From: Octopus bimaculoides
Lineage: Eukaryota
Direction of reading: 5' to 3'
DNA length: 64,000 nucleotides
Assembly (NCBI RefSeq): GCF_001194135.2
Contig: NC_068994.1
Span: 3,032,717-3,096,716, forward strand
Both the position numbers and the translations under genes were made by a program. This document shows positions 40,426 to 54,937 of the stretch, one piece after another. The notes beneath the pieces were generated by a model. That model ran no database searches and was not told the DNA's origin. It was given only the letters and a program-made list of their open reading frames with translations. Position 1 is the stretch's first letter. Every line of letters starts with the position of its first letter.

Positions 40426-40830
40426 AATATTGCTTCTATAGTGCCAGGTTTACCAGAAATTTTCTCTTCTGTTTATTGCCAGTAGTCCCACTGCTCTCAA
40501 AACTTTCCTTCAAAGCAATGTTATTGCATTTGGTTCCAGTAAAGTGTCCACCTGTTTCTGTTATAAAAATGGCCTGAGTTTCCCACCAATTGTTTCCATC
40601 CATCTCTCATTTTTTGTATCGCTCAGTACCTTCTAGAAATTGTGGTGCACCTCAAGGCTCAGTTATGTCTCCCAAGCTCTTCTTTGGCATGCTCTGGCTG
40701 CTTCTCAGAAAACAAACATCTTAACACCATAGATCTTCATCTTTTACCATTTGAATATTTCACCCCCAAACATACACAGAATCCATAAACAGAGAGGGAT
40801 CTTGACAAGGGGAGACATGACACTTTTGTC
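40245..40830 (+). mobile_element. Degraded non-LTR (Jockey/CR1-group-like) reverse transcriptase, split by a (TC)n tract
   Basis: YQPITLISKISNIMKSLI (cf. YRPISLL..K..E..I) lies before the tract, a QYGF-like KYCF..ARFT segment lies after it, and GAPQGSVMSPKLF (cf. GVPQGSVLSPLLF) lies at 40644-40682. Confidence 0.7.
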
Positions 40831-42344
40831 TCTTCCAGCAGCAGAAAAACTGAATCAGAACACCTGCCAAATGAGCGATGCCCCACCCCAACATTCCTTG
40901 TGGTTGTCATTTTCATTATCAGTCATCATCATCATTGTCATTGTTGTTATCATTTTTATCATTGTCAGCATCACTTTCATCTTCCACTTTTCCATGCTTG
41001 CATGGGTGACAAAATTTTCTGCAGTTGGATGCTCTTCCTGTCACCAACTCTCACCTATTTTGCCAGGTAATGTCTTGCCTAGACTAATGAACACCAAACA
41101 ACCTGTCCATATTTTCAGCAGAGGATTGTAAACAAACAACACCTTTTGCATTAATTGTATAAATGGTGGTGTTTTGTTTACAAACAGCATGCACATGTGA
41201 AGACAAGACAAATATACACTCACGCACATGCACATGCACACATGCATGCGTGTCTACACACACACACACACACACACACACATGCATGTATCATCCAGTT
41301 TTCATTAACCAAATTTCACTTACATCAGTCAACTTGCAGCTTTATTCGTAGACACACCTGACAGCATCTACACAATGGGAATGAACTCTCAACCACATGC
41401 TTCCAAAATAAGCTTCTTGACTCCCACAGCTAAACCAATGTCTGTGAATCCAGGTTCCATACAGACATGGATAGGCACACACTATCAGGTCATTAATAAC
41501 AAAGAAAAAAGGGTCACATGTTCTTCCCAAACCATAGATTCATGAGTCTGGTTTCCCAGATTCCCTGCCTGGATGGGACACCAGTCCATTGCAGGGTTAC
41601 TCATTTCTACCAGCTCTGGGGACTGGAACAATGTGAAATGAAGTGTCTTGCTCAAGGACACAACACTGCCAGGAATCAAACTCATGACCTTATGCTCATA
41701 AGCCAACTACCTTAGCCACTAAGTCATGCACCTTTAGAATGGCCCACAAAACACACATGTATCTCTCTCTCTCTCTGGTGGCAGCAGGGATTGCAACAAG
41801 ACTGCAAACCCTGACCTCTACAAATCTGCAGAGTTTAGATAAGACCCAAAATTGAGAACTACTCATAGCTACAGGGAAAATGCTGCTGCTGCTACTGCTG
41901 CACTAATTACCATCCTGCAACAAATAGAACAGGAGATCATTTAAATAATTGACAAAATTCAATCACCATCAAAATCAATAAGTTCACCAAATCAATGGGG
42001 GAACTTCTACAAGGTCTCTCAACATGCTAGAAATAGCAGCCAAATCTCCAGGAAATTATACCCTACCATCACTACCATCTATACCAGCCATAACAACAAC
42101 ATCAAAACCATTCATACCAACAATACCATCATTACTATTCCCTTTCCTCTACATCAACCACATGGTATTACAGAGCAACCAGTGGATAGACACAATACTG
42201 GAGTTGAATGAAAGAGATAAAGGAGTCGGGAGATGAGACTGGAAAGAAGCAGTGGCCTCAATAGTAGTGGTAGCAATAGCAGAACGAGGGCACATATCCT
42301 CTCCAGTGATTGCAAAATGTATATGCATGTGTTTACACATGTTG

Positions 42345-42389
<45 letters not shown>

Positions 42390-44044
42390 GTGTGTGTGTG
42401 TGAATGTGTGTGATCATGATCGTGTGTTCCATGCTGGCACGAGTTGTATGGTTCAACAGGATCCAATGAGCCACAGAGCTACGTCAGCCCACAATGTCAG
42501 TTTTGCTCTGGCTCCTACACCTGGATGCCCTTCCTAATACCAACCACTTTACTGTATATACTGGGTGATTTTTCATGCCACTGGCACCAGTGAGGTCACC
42601 AAATTGCTTGCAAGACAACAAAATCCCCCTCCATTGACCGAGAGCATTTTTGAGAGAGGGCAGGGACTTTCTACCAGGCATTAAGAATCTAAATCATGAG
42701 GATGGGACGAGCACAAGTGTTTTGCTAAAGATGGTGATGATGAGGTGTTCTCAAGGCAGAAGAAGGTGCGTAGAAGAGAGTATGTGGATAAAGTATAAAT
42801 GGGGCGGGGTGGAGGTAAATTAATCAAGGTATGGGTGGAGGATGACAGATGGTAAGAGATGGAGCCAGAGGTGAATGTAGTGAATGATGAACATGGGTGG
42901 GAATATGATTGATGGTAAATATCAGTAAGGAGGGGTGAAGGTGAAAGGGATTGGAGTGGCTCAGGAAGGGGGAAGAAAGAAGCTACTGAACAGGAAGGGT
43001 GAAGACAGCTGTGTCACAAACCAGAAAGGAAGTGAATGATGTGCAGGGCGTAAGACTGGAGAGAGATGTACAGTGACAGAGATGAAGGTCAGTAGCACAT
43101 GAATATGTTGATAGTGAGGGGGAGAAATATTGGGGGTCCATTAAGGGTGGATACAAGAGTGTGTTGAAATGATAGCAGATATTATAGGAGGTGTTAAAGA
43201 TGAGGTATTGCAAACCTAAGATGTAGCTAAGAGGAGAGGGAGAGAGATAACTGAAGGCACAGAAAGGATATGATTGGTGAGAAATGGTGTGGGAAGAGAT
43301 AATAATTAGAATGCCGGATGGATATTAAAATGAAGTGTGTATATTGTGTATGTATACATGCATATGTACATTTGCAGCCATATCTGGGAGATATGAGTTT
43401 TCTTTTTCAATCCTGAAGACCCAGGTCCAATACCAGTGTATGGCATCTAAGGCAAGTGTCTTCTACTATAGTTTCAGGTTGACACAAGCCTTGTGAGCAA
43501 AACTGGACAGACATGTTAAGAATGAGAAAAAGATGTCAAAAGGCAATGATTCAGGGAAGAAGGAGAGATGGCCAGCAACACAGAAAATGTGACCAAAAGA
43601 ATGAATAGAAGGGAGAATGTGAATAGTGATAGGAGGGATAGAATTGTAGAGGTGGGAGGAATGAAAGAGGGGACAATGATAGCTACACGTCGGTTGTTGG
43701 TAAAGAGGTTGAATAGAAAACCAACAGCAGTATTATTGGGGTAGCAATAAAGATGGGTGATGATAGATGAAGAGTGACATGATGATGATGGAGTGAATGA
43801 TGGCTAAGAGGAGTAGAAGGGTGATGGAGATGAGATGGAACATGGACAAATCAAATCATATGCCATATCTCAAAACACAGCTGATATATAATGAATGGAA
43901 GGGAGGCTAATGAGGAAGACAGAAGATGAAGGTTTAACCATGTGTGAGATACATAATAGAAGAAACACTATACTGCCCAAGCACCACCACCACCACCACC
44001 ACCACCATTTGAAATACTTTTTTACTATGTGCCAGTGGGGAAGT

Positions 44045-44420
44045 AACTCCATGTGTTACTATTCATTATGGGACTTTGTCATCTTCATGAGATTCATTTT
44101 CTTGAGATCAGTCTTCATCACTTCATCCCATGTCTTCCTAAGTCTCCTTCTTCCATTCACTTTGATTGCTTGGCACTCCTTTATACAACTGTCACTTCCA
44201 CCTGTCACGTCACCTGCCCATACCATTATGGTCTTATCTCTTGCACACAGCATTTTATTTCTTTTATATTCAATATTCCTCTCAGTTCCTCAATGTTCCA
44301 TCATTCATCAACACTAACATTGCACATCCAGTGAAGCATGTTTGCTTTATTTCTTTATTGTCATTTCAAAACTTCCACATACAAGACCTACGCCTTGCCA
44401 TGACACAGCATCTCACTTCC
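44045..44420 (-). mobile_element. Degraded RTE LINE fragment
   Basis: The minus strand gives ANMLHWMCNVSV..LRGILNIKEIKCCVQE..WYGQV..SCIKECQAIKVNGRRRLRKTWDEVMKTDL, the same family as 60141-60405. Confidence 0.8.
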
Positions 44421-46399
44421 TACACCAGAATCATACGTTCTGCCCTTCATCACATTTTACTCCAACTATTAGGTAGAAGGAAATTCTCAGAAGAGCTGAA
44501 CAGCAAAAGGTCTTCATTAAAAAAGCACCCCATGCAAGTATTTCAGCCCTTAACTCCTTACACCCAATAGGGGCCAGACTATTCCCAGATGATGACACCT
44601 GGATACCCCTTTGCTGCCATATTCTGTGCTACTGTCTGAACAGCTACACTCCTGGATGGTTAAAGTGTCCCAGAGCCAAGGTATCTTGGACGTTGTAGCC
44701 ATTTCAACCTGAGACCCCAGGTGATTGTTTGGTAAATTTACACCTTTTGAAAGACACTTCCATTCCTCTTTGATGAGATCCAGTTAGAATCACCTGTGAA
44801 CAAGTGGATGAGTATTCCTCAGACACGAGCACCTTTAGTGTAATTCTCACACTGTACTAGTAGCTTGACACAATGTTGGAAAGGTACAGAGAAAGACACA
44901 GAGAGAGGGGGAGAGAGGAAGGTAAGAATGGACCCCAATACTGAACTGGTACTTTATTTATAAGCCCCTTGAGAAGATAAAAGAGAAATCTGGCCTTGGT
45001 AGGGTTTGAACTCAGAATTCAAAGAGTCAGGATGAATACTACAAAGTATCTGACCCAACATTTTAATGAATCTGCCAATGTAATGCCCACAACACATAGA
45101 CACAGATGTGTATACACACACTCACAGCTTCAACACACATGCTCACACACATGCACATATATGTTTACATACATGTTCACTTTCTCAAATATATACATAT
45201 AAATTTGTATACACACATGTTCACTGCCTTGAACATATACACCTATGTTCATATACTCACATGCTCACTACCCCAAACATATACATATGTTCATACATGT
45301 TCACTACCTCAAGCATTCAAATGTTCATAAACACACATATATTTACAAGTGTATATAAATGTTTGAGGTGTCTGACCTAATGGTTAGCATGCTGGGTTCA
45401 TGATCATAGAGGTGTGGGTTCAATTCCCAGAAAACCTTGCAGGGTTTACTCTCCTTGAGCAAGACTCTTCATTCATGTTACCCCAGTCTTACCAGCTGAG
45501 TACCTGTGTAGCTCACTCTCCCTCCAGTTATCACATTCTCTCTGGGTCAAATGTGTGATGGTTGAGAGGATATCTATATGTGCTCGTGACCCCATAAACA
45601 CTTAAAACAATAAACAAATTAACAAATTAACAATTAACAAATGTCTGGTACAAGCTACTAGACATTAATATCTTTGATCTTTGATCTTTTACTTGTTTCA
45701 GTCATTGGACTGTGGCCATGCTGGGACACTGCCTTGAAAAAGTTTTGCTGCATGAATTTACCCTAGGACTTATTTTTTTTAAGCTTAGTTCTTATTTTAT
45801 CAGTCTCTTTTGTCAAACCACTATGTTACAGGGACGTAAACACACCAACACTGGTAGTCAAGCAGTGGTGGGGGACAAACACAGGCACAAACATACATAC
45901 ACACACACACAGATTTTTACAGTACCAATGATGGATTGGATCTGTAGTCTTCAAATTAGCTTTCTCCTTTCTGGTTTTGAGAAGCCAAATTTCTCAAGAT
46001 GTATGTATGTATGTGCATACACATGTAATTCAAAAATACATACATACATACATACATACATACATGCATACATACACACATGGCGGTTGTCAACTCATAG
46101 ACAATGTCACTGACAAATTATCTTATTCTAGATCAGGGGTTCTCAACTATTTTTTTATCTATGTTGGCTCTATGGCTGTCTGCTACTTTCTCCCTCTCTT
46201 CTGGCTTTCGCAGCTCCAGAATAGCAATGTGGTCTTTGTGGAATGGGTATTATTATGAATTGTATGTCCATACAGGCCTGTCCTGACCACATATTTTTAG
46301 TCAGCCTGGTACTCACAACCAGCCTACACAAGGGTGGTGCTCAGTCAAAAATCACTAATGCTACCAACATCCTGAAATATGACTCTTGTGTTCTTCCAG

Positions 46400-46477
46400 C
46401 CCATATCTAGTGTCACGAGTTTGAAGGGTGGCATGTGGTGCGCCAACTCTGCCTGTTACTTGCGTTGTTGTGAGAGG
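46400..46477 (+). other. Orphan candidate exon (78 nt, phase 0-0)
   Basis: Acceptor gactcttgtgttcttccag| and perfect donor AGG|GTAAGT; open in one frame only (PISSVTSLKGGMWCANSACYLRCCER). No homolog recognised. Confidence 0.35.
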
Positions 46478-48232
46478 GTAAGTTTCAAAGACAGAAGGAG
46501 AGAGAAATAAAGGATTACTACTATTTATATAGACATCATTCAGTAACAACCAAAGGGTTATTGTTAGCCAAAGAAAGACAGTCATTTTCTGAGATTTTAT
46601 TTTCAACTTTGCTGGATATTTTTTCAGTTCAATTATAAAACTGTATTTACATTACAATTGAATTAATCACAATCACAAGTAAAGATTAATTGTTGACAAA
46701 GGTATGTGATTTCTTTTTACATTTAGATTTACACAAACAGAGGAATAATTCATTCGTTTTAGACATTTCCATGACTAGCTATAATAGTTCAACCTTTGCT
46801 GACCAATGCCTTCGTTGTAAATTGCAGTACTTTTGTATTTCATGGTCTGTCTCTGTGACTTATCTCCTGATGAGGTTCAATACAATGGAGCTATAAGTGT
46901 TATCATACTCTGTCTGTAGTTAATAAATGTAATGGATATCCACTTTATGTTCATCAACTCCAGACAAATGTTCTTTTTCTGGTACCAACATAGAAGTTTT
47001 GAGTGTGCTGATTTGACAGTATCAAGAGAATAGTTTGCAGTATTTGTTACAGCATTCAAATATCATTATGGTCGACTTTGTCTTTATTTTTTATGGTTAA
47101 CAAATAAAGAACCAGCTTGCCCTTTTCTGTGGAAGATTCCTGTTTCTCTCTCTCTCTCTCCCTCTAGCTGTGTAAAGTGCCTGTGTATAGATGTAGACAG
47201 TTGTGTAAAGAAGCACCTATCTCTAACTGGGGAGGGAACCTGTGGTAGAGGTAGACCCAGAAAGACATGGCACCTATGCTGGTGGCATGTAAAGAGCACC
47301 TTTCAAGCATTGGGCCTCACGGAGGCAAGGTGGCCAATGCCGGTAGCATGTGGAAAGCACCTTTTGAGTGTTGAGCCTCATGGAGGCAATGACAAATGAC
47401 CGAGACCTTTGGCATTATGTCGGGCTTGCGAAGAAGACACAACAAGCCAAGTGAAATTGCAGTCATGGCAGATACTGGTGCCAGTGGCAAGTAAAAGCAC
47501 CTGTTACACTCCTGGTGTGGTTGGCATTAAGAAGGGCATCCAGCTGTAGAAAACCATGCCACATCAGACTGGAGTCCTGGTCAAACCACCCAACCCAAGC
47601 CAGCATGGACAATGGACGTTAAATGATGATGATGATGATGATGACCCCTTTGGTTACTATTTGACTCTGCTGGACTCCCATAACCATTCGATGTTTAAAC
47701 ATAGATATTTCTTTCAAAATTCCTATTTTGTTTTTCACACATTCACTTTAGTAAAGTATTATCTTTTATCTTTTACCTGTTTCAATCATTAGAATGCGAC
47801 CATGCTGGGGCACCGCCTTGAATTTTTAGTCGAATGAATCGACCCCAATACTTATTTTTTAAGCCTGGTACTTATTCTATCGGTCTCTTTTGCCAAACTG
47901 CTAAGTTACGGGGATGTAAACACACCAACACTAGTTGTTAAGTTGTGATGGGGAGGACAAACACACACGTATATATGNNNNNNNNNNNNNNNNNNNNNNN
48001 NNNNNNNNNNNNNNNNNNNNNNNNNNNNNNNNNNNNNNNNNNNNNNNNNNNNNNNNNNNNNNNNNNNNNNNNNNNNNNNNNNNNNNNNNNNNNNNNNNNN
48101 NNNNNNNNNNNNNNNNNNNNNNNNNNNNNNNNNNNNNNNNNNNNNNNNATATATATATATGTATACATATATATACACATACACACACATATATATATGC
48201 ATATATATACAATGGGCTTCTTTCAGTTTCCA

Positions 48233-48870
48233 TATGGTCATGTACAATGGATGGAGAGGAGTGCTGTGTGAAGAAGTGCCACTCCCAAACAGTTGAAGGA
48301 ATCTGGAGTAGAGGGAGACCCAGGAAGACATGGGATGAGGTGGTCAAGCATGACCTTCGAACGTTGAGCCTCACAGAGGAAATAACAAAAGACAGAGACC
48401 TCTGGAGGTATGCTGTGACTGAGAAGACCTGGCAGATAAAGTGAGATCACAATTGTAATCTACACCAGTGTTGCATAACCAGCCAACTCAAAAAGTACCC
48501 TTGGATTGTAGGATGACATGCCGTGCTTGAGGAGACCTATTGAGTCAAGTATATCAACATCAAAATGAAAATGAAATCAAATCACAATCAAATGGAAATT
48601 GTAGTTGTGGTCCCTGTGCTGGTGGCACGTAAAAAGTACCGTCCAAATGTGGTCGATGCCAGCCCCCTGCACCGACTGGCTTCTGTGCCGATGGCATGTA
48701 AAAAGCACCCACTACACTCTTGGAGTGATTGGCGTTAGGAAGGGCATCCAGCTGTAGAAACATTGCCAGATCAGACTGGTGCCTGGTGCAGCCTCCTGGC
48801 TTCCCAGACCCCAGTCGAACCGTCCAACCCATGCCAGCATGGAAAATGGATATTAAACAATGATGATGAT
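48233..48870 (+). mobile_element. RTE LINE 3' end: ORF C-terminus, 3' UTR and (ATG)n tail
   Basis: MDGEECCVKKCHSQTVEGIWSRGRPRKTWDEVVKHDLRTLSLTEEITKDRDLWRYAV is followed by the UTR shared with other copies (gggcatccagctgtagaaac...ccaacccatgccagcatgg) and a gatgatgat tail. Confidence 0.9.
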
Positions 48871-48906
<36 letters not shown>

Positions 48907-50570
48907 TATGCATAGACATATAAATACATAATATATATGAATAGGTGTGTGTCTATGTGTGTGTGTATGTGTGTGCATGTATGTGTATGTGTATGTGTGT
49001 GTGTTTGTTTCCTCAACAGTTGACGCTACTCTACGTATTCCCCCAAACTGACATTTGATAAAATTGTAGCCAGTTTGCTGACATTTATTCAAACCCTTCT
49101 GAAGTAACAACCATTACACAATCTTAATTTCATTTTCTCTTCAGATCTTATGTTGACATAAAAAAAATAATAATAATATTTAATTTCCACCATTACATCA
49201 AATACTTGATATTATCCTATGTTATTAACTTTAGCACTTGTGGATCTATAAATTGTATATGAAAATATGTTTTGCTACCAGCAACATCTCAATACAAATG
49301 TTTATACACACACAGGTAGCTTGTTAAACATCACATTCTCCACCTGTGTATATCTTTGTCCTGTTCACCCATCCTCAGATTCAGTCCAAAGTAGATACAG
49401 GGTGAAATATTTAGGAACGAAATGAAGATAATTAGAAATAGGGACACACTTGTTGATATCATGAAGAGTTAAACAACATTAATTTAGTGGTGCAATAGAT
49501 CTATGCAACCCATAACGTTAGGGAAACATGTAAATTCATCCTTATAAAGGAATTGAAGGTGGTGACCAGACAGAATTATTAACATGCTGGACAAAATGCT
49601 TTGCAGCATTTCATCCCTCATGATGATGATGATGATGATGATCATCATCATCATCATCATCATCAGATGGCTACACCAGGCTCCAATCTGATTTGGCAGA
49701 GTTTCTACAGCTGGATGCCCTTCCTAACGCCAACCACTCCGAGATATATAATATTCTATAATTATATACAAAATTATAATCAGGGGTCAGCTAAGTGCTT
49801 CGCCACGTACTGAATTAGAAATAGACACTAATGTCTTTTCAACTACCATAAAAATCTCTGAGACAATAACACACTTTTTTTATGTAGGTAAAAAGAAAAA
49901 TGATGAGTCTGCACAACTTCGGTTAATCACAGACGCATTTCAAACTTTAAGTAAATTATAATTGTTCTCCTCAGTGTAATACTCCGAGTTATAAATTTGT
50001 GAGTGTTAGGATTAAATATGTACACGATCAAGCATCATCGCATAACTAATATTCAACCGTATATATATATATATATATATGGTGGTGGTGGTGGTGATGG
50101 TGGTGGAGTCAATGACAACAAAGATGATGCCAATGATGGCACAAACTAGTTTATTGAAATCTCATGTAGATTTCTTTCTTTAAAATGCATTCACGATGTA
50201 TTTTAAGAAATAATTATATTAATCACTCTAAATATAACAAAACTATATTTATTGATTTAATCAATAAATATAATTTATAATATCAAGTCTATAAATTTGA
50301 GCAATTTGAATTTTATGAACTTTAAAAGTTTTGCAGTCTGTTCACACTGTGTGACCTTACTACTGTGGTTGTGTGTGTGTGCGTGTGGATAGATTCAAAT
50401 TTGCTCTTGTTTACTTATTTTGGCTGACAAAGCATTGAGTTGCACTTCTATGAGTGCAGTATGTTTGCAGAAGTACATTGTGTCCTGGGTGCATTGTTAC
50501 TGTGTTGTCTCTGGATTGGCTTTGAACTGGCATTTTTAAGGTCAAAGACATTTCCTCTGCGAATATCCCA

Positions 50571-50625
<55 letters not shown>

Positions 50626-50629
50626 GTAC

Positions 50630-51415
50630 AAGGCTAATGGTTTCCATAGAGTCAATTGTAACTGCCAGGCTAAGGATAGTTGTAGGGCTTTTAGCAATTT
50701 TAAGGTTATAGAGCTAATATTACTATGGGACTAATGGTACTTTGAGGGTTAATGGTAGTTATAGTGGTAATGATAGCTATGAAGGTGATGGTAAGTATAG
50801 AGCTCATAGTAGCTATTGGGCTAATGGTAACTACAGGGCTAATGGTAACTATAAGGCTAATGTAACTGGCACTCCATCAGTTACAATGATGTGTGTTCCA
50901 GTGAACAAGCTGCTCATGAAATTAACATGCATGTGGCTGAGCACTCCACAAACACACATACTCTTAATGTAGTTCTCAGTGAGATTCAGTGTGACACAGA
51001 CTGTGACAAGGCTAGCCCTTTGGAATTACAGGTACAACTCATTTTTGCCAGCTGAGTAGACTAAGCCAACATGAAATAAAGTGTCTTGCTCAAGGACACA
51101 GCACATCACCTAGTATTGAACTTACGACCTTACAATCATGAATTGAACACTCTTAACCATTAAGCCATATGCCTTCATAAGGGCTAATAGTAACTATTGG
51201 GCTAATGACAGTTATAAGGCTAATCGTAGCATTTGAATAAATGGTAACTCTAGGGTTAATCATATTTATAGTACTAATGATAGCTAGAGGGCTAATGGTA
51301 GCTATTGGGTTAATAGTAGTTATAGGGCTAATGTGACCTGCTACTCTAATTGTAGCTTTAGGGCTAATGGTAACAACTGGGCTAATTGTTGTTATAGGGT
51401 TCATGGTAACTAGAG
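50630..51415 (+). repeat. Degenerate 18-bp minisatellite (GGGCTAATGGTAACTAYA) interrupted by a family A SINE (50868-51176)
   Basis: The best units are at 50818-50835 and 50836-50853. The same periodicity resumes at 51177 directly after the SINE 5' end. Confidence 0.8.
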
Positions 51416-52056
51416 ACAAGTGGTGGGTGAACGGTTACACATCACAAGATCATGAACTTTGATATTTTTGTTCTGATACATTGAGTTCATGAATTGATTG
51501 TATTTATATTTATTGATTGGTTATGGATAACATTAATAACAAATATTGATGAATTATGAAAGAAATACATTATATTCATGACGTTGTGAAGTTATGATTG
51601 TGTACACATGCGTATATGTGTGTGTGTGTGAGTGAGGAAACGTGTGCAGCTCTATGTGGACATGAATGTGCATGTTATTTAATGTTCTGTATCTGGTCAT
51701 TGAGACACATATACAAATATACCAACATACTGGGAAGGCACATGGCCTAGTGGTAAAGGTGTTAGATTCACAATCATAAGGTCATCTGTTCAATTCCTGC
51801 GCTGGGTAGCACATTGTCTCCTTGTTCCAGTCTGCTCAGCTCAAACTAAGGACCAGCCAACAGATGGTGCATCTCTTTTTGCATCTCATTGTCATACTCT
51901 TCTTTATCTTTTGCATCAAAGGGAGAAGGACTAAGAGGGTGTCAAAGTCTGCTCCCAGTTACTCCACAGCAACCAAACACAGTTTGTGGAAGCACTGTAC
52001 ATGCTGGCAGGTCATTTGACAGTGACAGCTGTCATTTATATATAGATACGATAAAC

Positions 52057-52098
<42 letters not shown>

Positions 52099-52790
52099 AT
52101 AAAGGTATATGTGACCATTCAATGGAGTGACCTGGTCATTGATATTGGTGGTCAATCAGCTGAGCTGTCCACAACAACAGATACAGTCGGATGGACAATC
52201 AATGACTGGGTCATGGATGGATCAATACACAACAGTATATAACATAACATATATATATAATGCAAGATATAACTGTATAGAATAATAGGATTGTATTTAA
52301 TGATATCTGAAAGTATTACACTATAAACAAGGCATGACTCTAATGCTATGTTATACGATTTCAATGGCTGCTAGGGCAGTGATATAACTGTTTCTGTTTC
52401 AATCTCAGATCAAGCCATAAACCAAATATTTAGTCTTCCCTCTAATAAACTGGCCACAGTTGACAATTATTCCGTAGTTATTCCCTGTCTGTCCTTCCAG
52501 TTCCTAATGATCCTCTGTCATCATTCCCTCAATTCTGAACCACTTCTGAACCCTACTAAACCCCTTCCTATGTTGAAATCCCTTTGCTGCCATTCAGTCC
52601 CTTGGTCTCTTGCAATGCAGCACCATGCAATGGTTACCGGCACTTGCTGCACTCTATGCACAGCACTGCATTCCATTAGCATCGAACACGCGCACCGTGC
52701 ACTGTAACCAAGGCAACCATTAACAAGCAGACGACAGATGATCCAGTTAGAAATTGATAATAAGCACATGACTCTGACAGATAAAGAGAG

Positions 52791-52910
52791 TGGGAGAGGA
52801 GGAGACAGAGGAAGAAGAGAGAGGAGGAGACAGAGGAAGAGGAGAGAGGAGGAGACAGAGGAAGAGGAGAGAGGAGGAGACAGAGGAAGAGGAGAGAGGA
52901 GGAGACAGAG
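52791..52910 (+). repeat. 25-bp purine-rich tandem repeat (GGAGACAGAGGAAGAGGAGAGAGGA), ~4.5 copies
   Basis: Near-identical units read directly from the sequence. Confidence 0.9.
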
Positions 52911-53585
52911 ACGGAGGGATGAGGTGTGGAATAATAGGGAGAAAGAGAGAGAGGTGGGCAATGGAAGTGGATTCATGTGAACGTGCAGTGGAGGGGAAGA
53001 AAAAGGGTTAGAGGGAGGTATGGATTAAGGTGGAGCAGGAGTAAGTGGGAGGAGGGGGAGGATAGAGAGGGAGACAGGTTATAACGTGATTGATGGTGTT
53101 TGGGGTTTTACATAGATTTGAGAACTGAGCTGTTGTGATGTTCATGCCTGTCTTACTGAGGACAAAGGAGAGAAAGAGAGAGAGAAAATGGTTAAAAAAT
53201 AGAAACGAGAATGAGGGAACAAGGGAGAAGGAGAAAAGGGAGAGTGTAGGGATTTAGCGATCAGTATTAAGAAGCAGAGAGAAAGGAAAAAGAGAGGGAG
53301 AGAGAGAAAGGAAAAAGAGAGGGAGAGAGTAGCAGAAAGAGATTGATATTTCTATAGAGATGGGGAATGGAGAGAGGAGAGCGAGGAAGAGAGAGAGGAG
53401 GAAAGAGTGAAAAGATGAAATGAGTGACTGTATATATATATATATATTAATGAGCATGTGTGTATAGTAACACATGCAAATATATCAATTTTGTGTTTTG
53501 TAATATATACACATATACATACACACAGCTATAGATAAAAAGATATACACTAGATATATGTATATGTGGTAAGTGTTTATGTATT

Positions 53586-53624
<39 letters not shown>

Positions 53625-53744
53625 TGACAGATAGATAGATATAAACAAATACTTCTGCTTGGAAGTATGATATTGAACAGTTTACCTTAAATTGTTTCTC
53701 CCAATTTTTTTTTATTAAAATGGGTGCATATTAAAACACACACA

Positions 53745-53791
<47 letters not shown>

Positions 53792-54166
53792 CAATAACTT
53801 ACGGTGCATTTTCTATATTTTCTTTCAGAGGTGAATTTGTGGTCCATTGCTCCCGTTTGGTTAATTCCCATAAAGTCATAGCCCCTACTACTTGTTGAGT
53901 CGTTGTGCACTCTCAGTAATTAAGTATCTTGTTTCGATAAACTAAAGATGTGCTGCTTGGGTTCACCTAAGTCTATCTATTGTATATCAACACAAGCGCG
54001 CGCGCATGTATGTGTGTACGTATGCATGTGTATGTATGTAAGAATGAGTGCATATATCTGCATATGTATGTATACTTATATATATATGTCTGTGTGTGTG
54101 TGTGTGTGTATATCATATACACATATATGTGTATATGTGGACATATATATACACACACACACTTTC

Positions 54167-54228
<62 letters not shown>

Positions 54229-54815
54229 GAGCGAGTGTGTGTACATGTGTGTGTGTATATATATGTATATTACATATACACACACGTGCATATGCTAGCA
54301 TCTGTGTATACAGAAAGAAAGCAAGAAAGCAAGAAAGAAAGAAAGAAAGAAAGAAAGGAAAAGAGAGAGAGAAGAGATTAAGGAGAACAAATATAAATTG
54401 GGGCTGGGAATAAGGATGAAGGGGACAGAGAAATGATAGAGTGTATTGAACTGATTAGAGGCTGAAGATAGGGGCAGGCGTAGAGTTTAGAGCACACACA
54501 AGCACACACACACACAACTAAGTGAGCCGGTGAGAGAGAGAGAGAGAGAGAGAGATGAGGAAGAGAAAAATGTTTAATGAAGGGGAAGAAAGGAGCTGAA
54601 GAACAAACGTGTTCCCTTTTGTCAAAAAATCGATAGAGTCAGTGATGCTGAGATGTATGGCCTGTCTATTGTTGTTGTTGTTGTTGTTGTTAGTAGCAGT
54701 CGGTGACATCAATAGAGAAGAATGCTGGTCACATTTATGTAAATATGGTGGAGTGGGGGACGGGGGGACACAGATAGAAACTTGTTGTTGAGGGTGGAAT
54801 GTATGGTAGGGTAGT

Positions 54816-54848
<33 letters not shown>

Positions 54849-54865
54849 GTGTGTAGGTATAGCTT

Positions 54866-54937
<72 letters not shown>

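Noticed and set aside
42700-43260. Possible minus-strand LINE RT relic (SPLLTDIY)
   Set aside because: A single short motif in purine-skewed DNA; I could not find collinear neighbouring motifs.
52791-52910. CRISPR-like array
   Set aside because: Head-to-tail tandem units with no unique spacers, in a eukaryotic context.
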